Below, in pieces: positions 26,893-35,305 of a stretch of DNA of 59,931 nt. Positions within the stretch are counted from its first letter, which is position 1, and each line of letters starts with the position of its first letter. Below the pieces are notes generated by a model that saw nothing but the letters and a program-made list of their open reading frames with translations, made no database searches and was not told where the DNA came from. The DNA is from Pseudomonadota bacterium (GTDB taxonomy: Bacteria; Pseudomonadota; Gammaproteobacteria; Burkholderiales; SG8-39). The translations under genes were made by a program, and so were the position numbers. The stretch is from assembly GCA_031376265.1 (NCBI GenBank), contig JANMDK010000020.1:1-59931 (forward strand). Reading direction: 5' to 3'.

Positions 26893-27111
26893 ATGAAGAC
26901 CATCAAAAGCATTGCAGCCACCACGCTGTCCCTCGCCCTCCTCGCGGGCCTTGCCGGTTGCGCAGGCATGTCCGGCCAGGATCGTAACACCGCCATCGGC
27001 GCCGGCGTCGGCGCAGTGGGCGGCGCGGTCCTCACGGGCGGCAGCCCCATCGGTACGGTCGGCGGCGCCGCAGTCGGCGGCCTGATCGGGCACGAAGTCG
27101 GCAAACGCTAG
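26893..27111 (+). CDS. Glycine-zipper lipoprotein (OsmB-like)
   Basis: Lipobox LAGC; RNTAIGAGVGAVGGAVLTGG...GGAAVGGLIGHEVGK. Confidence 0.88.
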   Translation: MKTIKSIAATTLSLALLAGLAGCAGMSGQDRNTAIGAGVGAVGGAVLTGGSPIGTVGGAAVGGLIGHEVGKR

Positions 27112-27131
27112 AACGCAAGTCTCGGAAATCG

Positions 27132-27157
27132 CCGGCCCCGCGGGGCCGGTTTTTTTT
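27132..27157 (+). terminator. Rho-independent terminator
   Basis: CCGGCCC-CGCG-GGGCCGG followed by T8. Confidence 0.88.
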
Positions 27158-27330
27158 GGCGAAATCCACCGCCAGCACTTACAAAAAATAAATGAACCAA
27201 ATGCGCTTCCATGTTCGCTGACGTACGGACGGCACGGTTTAGCGAACGTAATCTCCACTCAGACACAACAGGCACACGCGGGAATCTTTCCGAGGCGGAT
27301 GCCGAAGCAGTACCAAACCGGAGTTACCGC

Positions 27331-28266
27331 ATGAAAACCGAAATTCGCATGGCCCTACTGGTCCTCGCCTCAACGTCGGCGACCGCTTTCGCGCAGGACA
27401 TCCCGCAGTGCGCAGCCCTCTTCGACAGCGCTAACAACTATTTCACGGCGAACAACGCACCGGCGAACGCGCCGAACCGCCAGTGCTTCCTCACAGTGAT
27501 GCCGAAAGACGGCCCGAATTCGCTCGCCGGCTTCCCGCAGCTCGCGAGCTACCCCTCGCCGCAGATGGGCGAAGGCACCTATGAAATCCTCCTCAGCGGC
27601 GGTGGCGGCGGTGGCGGCGGCGGCGGATTCCTCTCTTCCGGTGGTGGCGGCGCAGGCGCGGTGCCCTCGAAGACCTCGCAATACCTGAGCCCGGGCGTCT
27701 ACAAGCTGACGATCGGCACCGCGGGCCGGGGTGGCGTTAACGGCGGCGACGGCGGCAACGGCAACCCGACCAGCGTGACCAAGGCTTATACGAATGAGTT
27801 GATCGCCGGATTCTCGGGCGCCGAGAACATGGTGGTGGCATCGGCCGGCAGCCGGTCGCTGGGCGGCGGCAGCTCGATGGACAGCTCCGGCGCGCGTGGC
27901 GCCAATGGCCAGGGCAATGGCGGCGCGGGCGGACGCCTGCCGGATCGCAATGGAAACGGCGAGATCCCGTCGCAGTCGGGCGGAATGATGCAAGTGGCCG
28001 GCGTGCCCACGGGTGCCCCTGGCATGGGCGGTTCGCATGACGGCGGTGGCGGAGGCGGCGCAGGCTTCGGCAACGGCAGCAATGGCAAGTCCACCGACAG
28101 CTTCGGCGACAAGAGGCTCGGCGACCAGGGCGGCAACGGCTTCGTGAGGATCACCCCGATCCAGATCGCGCAGGCCACGCCGGTCGCGCCGATGGCGGCG
28201 CCGATCGTTGCGCCGGCCCCGGCGCCTTATGTGGCCCCGGCTGCCGCAAAAAGAGATCGTAACTAA
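27331..28266 (+). CDS. Secreted glycine-rich-domain protein with Pro/Ala tail ending KRDRN
   Basis: Signal peptide (ATAFA); GGGGGGG...GGGGAG...LTIGTAGRGG...GGNGFVRIT glycine-rich domain pattern. Confidence 0.75.
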   Translation: MKTEIRMALLVLASTSATAFAQDIPQCAALFDSANNYFTANNAPANAPNRQCFLTVMPKDGPNSLAGFPQLASYPSPQMGEGTYEILLSGGGGGGGGGGFLSSGGGGAGAVPSKTSQYLSPGVYKLTIGTAGRGGVNGGDGGNGNPTSVTKAYTNELIAGFSGAENMVVASAGSRSLGGGSSMDSSGARGANGQGNGGAGGRLPDRNGNGEIPSQSGGMMQVAGVPTGAPGMGGSHDGGGGGGAGFGNGSNGKSTDSFGDKRLGDQGGNGFVRITPIQIAQATPVAPMAAPIVAPAPAPYVAPAAAKRDRN

Positions 28267-28338
28267 AGACCAGGCAGTTTCTACCGGCCCCGAGCTGTGC
28301 GTGCGCAGCCCGGGGCCTTACTTCGTACGGCAGGGTAG

Positions 28339-29136
28339 ATGACAAAAATAAAATATTTCGGGCCCGCATTGCGCATGATGGTCGCGCTTGCGTGCTTCTC
28401 CGCGACGACGGCCTTGGCGCAGGCGCCGGACGCAGCGCCGCCGGACGCAACCCAACCGCCAGCTGCTATCCCCTCGTTGCCGCCGATTCCAGAAGCGGCA
28501 CCGATGAAGGAACCCGAACCTCCGGTGAAGGAACCCGAGCCCCCGCTGCGCGCCGACTTCAAGGACGAGAACCCCGGCGACCAGGCGCGCAACGCGGCGG
28601 ACACCGCGCTGCAGACGCGGGACCATGGCGGCAAGCCTTTCGCGATCGTCGACAAGATCGCGGCCAAGGTCTACGTATTCGATGTCGAGGGCCGGCTGGT
28701 GGCCGCCGCCCCGGCTTTGCTCGGCATTGCCATCGGCGACCACATCGCGCCCGGCGTCGGCAACATGGACCTGGCGAAGATTCCGCTGAGGGACCGCACT
28801 ACGCCCGCGGGCCGCTTCGAAGCCGCGCTGGGAAAAAACTACCACGGCAAGCAGATCCTCTGGGTCGACTACGACTCGGCGCTCTCGATGCACCCGGTGA
28901 TCAATACCGTGCCCTCCGAGCGCCGCCCGCATCGCCTCGCAACGCCGACCCCCCTGGACAACCGCATTTCGTTCGGCTGCATCAACCTGCCGATCCCTTT
29001 CTTCAAGGACGTGATCGCCCAAGTCTTCAAGGACTCCGGCGGAGTCGTCTACATCCTGCCGGAGCTCCTCTCGGGCGAAGCGCGAGCCGTGCTCAAGTCC
29101 CCCGTCCCCAAAGGCCGCAGTACCGCCGGGCGATAA
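28339..29136 (+). CDS. L,D-transpeptidase-like (YkuD-fold) secreted protein
   Basis: Signal peptide, Pro-rich linker, IVDK, TTPAGRF, H...DNRISFGCIN catalytic-like motif. Confidence 0.7.
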   Translation: MTKIKYFGPALRMMVALACFSATTALAQAPDAAPPDATQPPAAIPSLPPIPEAAPMKEPEPPVKEPEPPLRADFKDENPGDQARNAADTALQTRDHGGKPFAIVDKIAAKVYVFDVEGRLVAAAPALLGIAIGDHIAPGVGNMDLAKIPLRDRTTPAGRFEAALGKNYHGKQILWVDYDSALSMHPVINTVPSERRPHRLATPTPLDNRISFGCINLPIPFFKDVIAQVFKDSGGVVYILPELLSGEARAVLKSPVPKGRSTAGR

Positions 29137-29233
29137 ACGGCAGGCCGCTCGCATAGCCGGGCCAGCTCTCGTATTTCGGCAGCTTGAATTCCTTCTCGGC
29201 GGTGTCCCAGCACTTGCCGGCCTGGAGTGCGGT
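29093..29233 (-). pseudogene. Possible 3' remnant of a lost gene (resembles C-termini of MBL-fold hydrolases)
   Basis: ALQAGKCWDTAEKEFKLPKYESWPGYASGLPFIARRYCGLWGRGT* reads as a natural C-terminus but has no credible 5' part; family resemblance is from recall only. Confidence 0.35.
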
Positions 29234-29443
29234 GCGTGAGATGTCTTCCTCCCAGAAGAGCGTTGCGGGATTTTCGCCGCGCAGTGGCACGCGGCGCGCC
29301 GCAAGTGTCGGGGAGATTTCGCAGAGAGGTCAAGCGTGCTCGGCCCGCCGGACCCGCGTGTATGATCGACGCGACTTCGCGACGCAACAAACGCGGAATA
29401 AAACCCCGTCGGGAGAGGTGAATGGCGGCCGGCCCATGTTCGC

Positions 29444-30622
29444 ATGAGTAAACGCTGGCTGGTCCTCGGGGTGCTCGCCTTCGCGCGCATCGCGATGGGC
29501 TTCCAGTTTCAGGCGGTGGCGTCGGTGGCGCCTTTCCTCGTCGACGAATTCCGCATCGACTACGCGGCGGTCGGCACGCTGATCGGCCTGTACCTCCTGC
29601 CCGGCATCGTGCTCGCGCTGCCCGGCGGTTTCCTTGGCCGGCGCTTCGGCGAGAAGCGCATGGTGCTGATCGGCCTTGGCCTCATGGCCGTCGGCGGCGC
29701 CGTGAGCGCAGCGGGCACTTCGTACGCGATGCTCATCATCGGCCGCGCGATCACCGGCGTCGGCGTGGTGCTGCAGTTCGTGCTCATGACCAAGATGCTC
29801 TCGGACTGGTTCAAGGGCCGCGAACTCATCTTCGCGATGTCGCTGTACCTCAACGGCTGGCCGCTCGGCATCGGCCTGGCGCTGGTGACCCAGCCCGGCC
29901 TCGCGGCTGCGTCGACCTGGCGCACCGTGTTCTTTGCAACGGCGATCCTCTCCGCGGCGACGCTCGCGGTGCTAGCGCTGCTGTATCGCAGCCCGGCCGA
30001 CGCGCCGAAAGCGCAGCCCGGCGCCGCAGCTTACGGCCTGTCGATGCGCGAGACAGTTTTGGTGAGCCTCGCGGGGCTCATCTGGACTTTCGTCAACGCC
30101 GGCTGGGTGGTGTGCGTGAGTTTCGCGCCGGGTTACCTGCGCACGCAGGGCCTTTCCTTGAGCGAGTCCGCCGCGATCACGAGCCTGGCCACCTGGCTCG
30201 CGATCATCGGCGTGCCGGTCGGCGGCTGGCTGGCCTCGCGCTGGCGACGGCCGGACACGCTGATCATTGCTTCGACGGTCATCGGCGGCCTCGCGATGCT
30301 GGCGGTGCCGTACACCTCCGCCTACGTGCTCTGCTTCTCGGTCATCGGCCTGATCCTCTTCCTGCCGGCCGGGATCATGGCGGCGCTGCCGATCGAGGTG
30401 CTGCGCCCGGAAAACCGAGCGACCGGGCTCGGCCTTTTCTATACGTGGTGGTACGCCGGCGTGGCCGCGCTGCCGCCGGTCGGCGGGTGGACCTATGACG
30501 TGAGCGGCCAGGCTTCGGCGCCGGTGCTCTACGCGAGCGGCCTCGTTTTCCTCACGCTCGGGGCGCTGCTGGCTTTCCGGCTCTGCCAGCGCGTGCCGGC
30601 GGGCGCAAGGTTGGTACGATGA
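29444..30622 (+). CDS. MFS transporter
   Basis: About 12 hydrophobic segments; motif A GFLGRRFGEKR. Confidence 0.88.
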   Translation: MSKRWLVLGVLAFARIAMGFQFQAVASVAPFLVDEFRIDYAAVGTLIGLYLLPGIVLALPGGFLGRRFGEKRMVLIGLGLMAVGGAVSAAGTSYAMLIIGRAITGVGVVLQFVLMTKMLSDWFKGRELIFAMSLYLNGWPLGIGLALVTQPGLAAASTWRTVFFATAILSAATLAVLALLYRSPADAPKAQPGAAAYGLSMRETVLVSLAGLIWTFVNAGWVVCVSFAPGYLRTQGLSLSESAAITSLATWLAIIGVPVGGWLASRWRRPDTLIIASTVIGGLAMLAVPYTSAYVLCFSVIGLILFLPAGIMAALPIEVLRPENRATGLGLFYTWWYAGVAALPPVGGWTYDVSGQASAPVLYASGLVFLTLGALLAFRLCQRVPAGARLVR

Positions 30623-30662
30623 ATGCTTTGGCAGTCTTGGCCCCAATGACCGTGCAGGCACC

Positions 30663-31364
30663 GTGACCAAACGACTGACGCTCACCCGCGAATCGATCCT
30701 GGATGGAAGCCTGCGCGCCTCCGCCAAGGAACTGCTCGGCCCTGGCGTCGTCTTCATGACCGACGAGGAGCGCACGCGCCAGATCCGCGCAATGCTCGCG
30801 GCCACGCCGCGCCCGGATCGCGTCTGGGTGTTCGGCTTCGGGTCGCTGATCTGGAACCCGGCTTTCCATTTCGTCGAGCGGCGCACCGCACTGGTTCGGG
30901 GCTTCCACCGCCAGTTCTGCTTATGGGCGCGCGCCGGGCGCGGCAGCCCGCAGAGTCCGGGGTTGATGCTGGCGCTGGAGCGCGGCGGCAGCTGCCATGG
31001 CGTCGCCTACCGAATCGCGCCGGAGCAGGTCGAGGCCGAGCTCGACGTGGTCTGGCGGCGAGAGATGCTCACCGGCGCCTACCGCGCGGTCTGGGTCAGC
31101 GTGCAGACGCCGGAGGGCGTCGAGCATGCGATCGCCTTCGCCGCCAACCATGGGCATGAAAGGTACGTGCGCGGCCTGGACAACGACGAGACCGCGCGGT
31201 TGCTGGCCACCGGCAAGGGGCCGCTCGGTACTTGCTGCGACTATCTCTTCGATACCGTCACGCACCTCTCGGACCTCGGCATCCGCGACAAGCGCATGGA
31301 AGCGCTGGTCGAGCGCGTGCGCGCCCACCTCGACTCGGCTACGCCACCAGAACTTTCGGATTGA
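30663..31364 (+). CDS. chaC: ChaC family gamma-glutamylcyclotransferase
   Basis: [30 protein letters not shown]. Confidence 0.85.
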   Translation: MTKRLTLTRESILDGSLRASAKELLGPGVVFMTDEERTRQIRAMLAATPRPDRVWVFGFGSLIWNPAFHFVERRTALVRGFHRQFCLWARAGRGSPQSPGLMLALERGGSCHGVAYRIAPEQVEAELDVVWRREMLTGAYRAVWVSVQTPEGVEHAIAFAANHGHERYVRGLDNDETARLLATGKGPLGTCCDYLFDTVTHLSDLGIRDKRMEALVERVRAHLDSATPPELSD

Positions 31365-32313
31365 CCACGTTGATCGGCTTGCCCGCCGCGTAGGCGACAA
31401 CCTGGTCGAAGATGTCGGAGAACTGCAGCTCGTATTCGTCGCGCGTGACATAACCTATGTGCGGCGTGGCGACGACGTTGTCGAGCTTGAGCAGCGGGTC
31501 GTCGACGTTGCGCAGCGGCTCTTCCTCGAACACATCCACAGCAGCGCGTCCGGGCCGGCCCGCGCGCAGGGCGGTCACCAGCGCACTGGGCTCGATGAGT
31601 CCGGCACGGCTGGTATTCACCAGGATCGACGAAGGCTTCATTAGCGCGAGGTCGGCCCGCGTGACGATGCCGCGCGTCTCCTTGTAGAGCCGCATGTGCA
31701 GCGAGAGCACATCGCACTGCTCGAAGAATTCGCGCTTGCTAGCAGCGGGCGCGTAGCCGTCCGCGGCCGCGCGGGCGCGCGATTCGTCGCGAGCCCAGAC
31801 GATGACCTTCATGCCGAAAGCCTTGCCGTACCCCGCGACCGTGGCGCCGATACGGCCGTAGCCGTAGATGCCGAGCGTCTTGCCGCGCAGGGTGTCGCCG
31901 ACGCCGATCTGCCACTTGCCCGCCTGCAGCGCGGCCATCTGCTGCGGAAGCTGGCGCGCGGCGGCAAGGGTAAGCGCCCACGTAAGCTCCGCAGCCGCAT
32001 AGGAAGGCGTGCCCGCATGCTGGTCGGACGAGACGATGATGCCTTTTGCGGTGCAGGCATCGATGTCGATATGCGGGTAGACGCTGCGCTGGCTGATCAG
32101 CCTAAGCTTTGGCAGGCGCTCGATCAGCGGCGCGCGGATCTGCGTGCGCTCGCGGATCAGCACCAGCACCTCGGTGTCCCTGAGGCGCTCGGCCAGCCGG
32201 CCGACTTCCTGCACATGGTCGTTCCAGATCGTGATGCTGTGCCCGTCGAGCTTCGAAAAGCAGGTGAGCGTGTGGATCGTGTCGAAATAGTCGTCGAGGA
32301 CGGTGATGTTCAC
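31339..32313 (-). CDS. D-2-hydroxyacid dehydrogenase family protein
   Basis: [28 protein letters not shown]. Confidence 0.9.
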   Translation of the reverse strand: MNITVLDDYFDTIHTLTCFSKLDGHSITIWNDHVQEVGRLAERLRDTEVLVLIRERTQIRAPLIERLPKLRLISQRSVYPHIDIDACTAKGIIVSSDQHAGTPSYAAAELTWALTLAAARQLPQQMAALQAGKWQIGVGDTLRGKTLGIYGYGRIGATVAGYGKAFGMKVIVWARDESRARAAADGYAPAASKREFFEQCDVLSLHMRLYKETRGIVTRADLALMKPSSILVNTSRAGLIEPSALVTALRAGRPGRAAVDVFEEEPLRNVDDPLLKLDNVVATPHIGYVTRDEYELQFSDIFDQVVAYAAGKPINVVNPKVLVA

Positions 32314-32444
32314 GGGGATCCCGAGCTTGGTCAGCGTCCCGGGATTGTTTCAAGTTTTGCGCCTTGACTCCAGCGGGGTGAGGCGAGCGCCGGCAGCCTG
32401 GCCAGCGGCGGCAGGGCGAATTTTCCCGAAGCAAAGCTGCCTGA

Positions 32445-32508
32445 AAATGTCAGCAAGTTAACTGGAGAGCCAATGGACACGCGGGGACGGCAAAAAAAAT
32501 GTCAGTAG
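32445..32508 (+). repeat. 64-bp boxed dispersed repeat, copy 1
   Basis: AAATGTCAGCAAGTT-N7-GAGCCAAT-GG-ACACGCGGGG-N6-AAAAAAATGTCAGTAG. Confidence 0.85.
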
Positions 32509-32634
32509 TGCATTTGCGTCAGCGGCAGGCCGGTGACTGGCGGCTGAAAATTCTTCATTGGCGTGCGTGGTCGTCGCGGCTCGCGTAAGCTTCGCCGTTT
32601 CGACCCGTCTCTCAAGCCCGAAGGGAACCCACGA

Positions 32635-33435
32635 ATGCGCATCAACCGCGTGAAACAGCTCTGGCGCGAAGGCAAGACCGCCGTCGGCGGCTTCCTGTCG
32701 ATTCCTCACGTCCTGTCGGCCGAAGCGATGGCCCACACCGGCCTCGACTGGCTTTGCATCGACATGCAGCACGGCTGCATCGACTATTCGGACGCGGTGC
32801 CGATGCTCGCCGCGATCTCGACCACCGCGGTGACGCCGATCGTGCGCGTGCCCTGGAACGAGCCGTCGATGATCATGAAGGTGCTCGACGCTGGCGCCTA
32901 CGGCGTGATCGTGCCGATGGTGAGCAACCGCGAGGAGGCGATGCGCGCGGTCGCCGCCTGCCGCTACCCGCCCAAGGGCAGCCGCAGCAACGGGCCTAAC
33001 CGCGCGATTTTCTACGGCGGGGCCGATTACCAGAAGCACGCCGACAACGAGATGCTCTGCATCGTGATGATCGAGACGGCCGAGGGCATCGAGAAGATGG
33101 ACGAGATCGCCTCCACGCCGGGCATCGACGCGGTGTACATCGGGCCGACCGACCTCGCGCTCGCGCTCGGCCTGCCGCCGGTCATGGACAACGACGATCC
33201 CAGGCACGTGGCCACCGTGAATCGCGTGCTGGAGACCTGCCGCAAGCACAAGGTGGTCGCGGCCATGCACACGATGAGCGCCAAGTACACGCAGCGCTAC
33301 ATCGACCAGGGCTTCCAGATGGTGATGCTCACCTCGGACCGCCTTGGGATATCGAATTGGCTCAAGGCCGAGGTGGGCAAGCTCACCGGCTGGACCCCGC
33401 TGGTGCCGACCGAGGCGCCGCTGCGAAACAGCTGA
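32635..33435 (+). CDS. HpcH/HpaI aldolase family protein
   Basis: IDMQHG, IVRVP, VLDAGAYGVIVPMV, MIET, YIGPTDL. Confidence 0.9.
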   Translation: MRINRVKQLWREGKTAVGGFLSIPHVLSAEAMAHTGLDWLCIDMQHGCIDYSDAVPMLAAISTTAVTPIVRVPWNEPSMIMKVLDAGAYGVIVPMVSNREEAMRAVAACRYPPKGSRSNGPNRAIFYGGADYQKHADNEMLCIVMIETAEGIEKMDEIASTPGIDAVYIGPTDLALALGLPPVMDNDDPRHVATVNRVLETCRKHKVVAAMHTMSAKYTQRYIDQGFQMVMLTSDRLGISNWLKAEVGKLTGWTPLVPTEAPLRNS

Positions 33436-33525
33436 GGTTGGGCGACGTTCTAGCCCGTACAGGCGAAGTCCGCGCGCACGCGCCGGGCTAGACTCGCGCA
33501 TGGCCTTCCGGGGAATTTTCACCAA

Positions 33526-34716
33526 GTGACGTTCGACGCCCGCGCGCTGCTCATCGTCGGCGCCTTCCTGTGCTGGATCCTGGCACTGGCGATCGAATTC
33601 CTCGCGATCCGCACCGACGCGCGGCGCTGGCTTCCCGGGGCGTATACCGCCGGCCTCCTGATCCACGGCCTCGGCCTGATCCTCATCTCGCAGCGCGGCC
33701 TCATCGGCGACCTCTGGAGCATCCTGCTCGCCAACGTGCTGCTGCTGCTGGCGCCGCTCTTTTACTTCTCGGCCCTGCAGGCGGTACGCGGCCTCAAGCC
33801 CGACTACCGGGTGCTTGCGGCGATGCCGGTGAGCATGGCGGTCCTGCTGCCGGTGGTCGGCTTCTCGCAGCAGGCGTTCACTTCGCGCGTGATGATTTTT
33901 ACCTGCGCCGCGCTCTTCGCTTTCGGGCTGATCTGCTGGGCTGCCTTCCGCATCGCCCGCGCCGGCAAGTCCGGCGGCTGGATGATCCTCGGCGCCATCG
34001 GCACGCTGGCCGTGATCACCCTCACGCGTGCAATGTCGGTGGCTGCCGGGCAAGTGTCCGGCGTGTTCGACTCGCAGGGCGTGCAGCTGGCGTTCTACCT
34101 CGTGAATGACGCGTGCATCGCGCTTGCGGCGTTCGGGTACATGGACATCATCCGCGCGCGGCGCCAGCCCCAGCTCGACCGGCCGTCCGAAATGGCGCCG
34201 GACGCGCAAACCGGCCTCTACTCGCGCGCGGCCTTCCTGCGCAGCGGCATGGAGGAGCTCAACCGCGCGCGCCGCAAGGATTACGCGATCACGCTGATGC
34301 TGATCCAGGTCGACCGCATCGACGCCACCACGGCGGCCAAGGGCGCCGGGTTCGTCGAGCTGGCGCTCAAGCGGGTCGCTACCTCGATCCTGCGCGACAT
34401 CCGCATGTACGACGTCGCGGGGCGCCTGTCCGAGAGCGTGATGGGGGTGATCATGCCGGAGCTGGCCCTGGCCGATGCCGTGGACGTTGCCGAGCGCATC
34501 CGCTCGGCCATCGAGGAGGACCCCGCCATCCGCAACGGAACGTACGGCGTGACCGTCAGTGCCGGCGTCTGCGAGGTGGAGAAGATCCACCAGGAGCTGG
34601 GCGAAGTCATGGCCGTCGCCCACCAGTGCCTCGAGCGCGCCCGCGCGCTGGGCGGCAACCGGGTGGTGACCCCCGACCGGTCCCTGTCAAAGAGCTTCGT
34701 CGCGGACACGATCTAG
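33526..34716 (+). CDS. Membrane protein with degenerate GGDEF domain
   Basis: About 7 TM segments, DAQTGLYSR, AERIR, TVSAG, GGNRV; active site reads SESVM. Confidence 0.8.
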   Translation: MTFDARALLIVGAFLCWILALAIEFLAIRTDARRWLPGAYTAGLLIHGLGLILISQRGLIGDLWSILLANVLLLLAPLFYFSALQAVRGLKPDYRVLAAMPVSMAVLLPVVGFSQQAFTSRVMIFTCAALFAFGLICWAAFRIARAGKSGGWMILGAIGTLAVITLTRAMSVAAGQVSGVFDSQGVQLAFYLVNDACIALAAFGYMDIIRARRQPQLDRPSEMAPDAQTGLYSRAAFLRSGMEELNRARRKDYAITLMLIQVDRIDATTAAKGAGFVELALKRVATSILRDIRMYDVAGRLSESVMGVIMPELALADAVDVAERIRSAIEEDPAIRNGTYGVTVSAGVCEVEKIHQELGEVMAVAHQCLERARALGGNRVVTPDRSLSKSFVADTI

Positions 34717-34861
34717 CCCCTGCGTGTCATCCGTTTTCCGGGTTTGTACGTTATTCGCCTACATGCGGTCGCGCACCTGTCGTACAGACGGCGGGGCCTT
34801 CAGCACGGATAGTCGGCGTTCATAGGGAACGTGTTTGCTGGGCACTTAAGCGGGGTGTGTC

Positions 34862-35098
34862 ATGGGCGAGCAACAAGGCACGAATGACCTGTTCGGCGAG
34901 CGGCCGGTGCGGCTGCCGGGGGGCATGAATGCAAGCCAGATCCGGCTGGCTTCCGAGCCGGCGGAATTGCGGGCCGCCAAGGCCCTCGCGGCGAAGATGC
35001 GCACCAGGCGCAGCCGTCGCGAGAAGAAAGAGGTCGCGCACCTCATCTGCCTCAACCTCATCACGATGCTCAAGCACGGCGGCGGCGCCCGGCGGTAG
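34862..35098 (+). CDS. Small basic hypothetical protein
   Basis: 78-aa ORF preceded by a G-rich RBS-like stretch and a candidate promoter (CGTACAGAC-N18-GATAGT). Confidence 0.45.
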   Translation: MGEQQGTNDLFGERPVRLPGGMNASQIRLASEPAELRAAKALAAKMRTRRSRREKKEVAHLICLNLITMLKHGGGARR

Positions 35099-35241
35099 GC
35101 GCCGCGGAGCGCTGCGCCTTAGTCGCGGAGCTTGCACTTCTCCTGCATCGCCGGGCTCACCAGGTCGAGTTCATCGCAGGATATTTAAAGAAGCATCCCG
35201 GCGAACTCGCGAGTGTCGGCATGGTCGGGATTGGAAGTTGG

Positions 35242-35305
35242 AAATGTCAGTAAGTTCCCCGCTGAGCCAATAAACACGCGGGGTTTGAGAAAAAAATGTC
35301 AGTAG
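35242..35305 (+). repeat. 64-bp boxed dispersed repeat, copy 2
   Basis: AAATGTCAGTAAGTT-N7-GAGCCAAT-AA-ACACGCGGGG-N6-AAAAAAATGTCAGTAG. Confidence 0.85.

Noticed and set aside
26707-27258. Long N-terminal extension of the histidine kinase in the ORF track
   Set aside because: Overlaps the OsmB-like gene on the opposite strand, its terminator and the promoter boxes; the true start is near 26706 or 26670
33446-33494. CGTTCTAGCCCGTACA box upstream of the GGDEF gene
   Set aside because: Box-like, but the nearest good -10 (TAGACT) is 27 nt away instead of 21-22, and the sequence is also explained by a local inverted repeat
35099-35241. Possible gene fragment next to repeat copy 2
   Set aside because: Short open frames exist on both strands, but none has a start, RBS or recognisable motif
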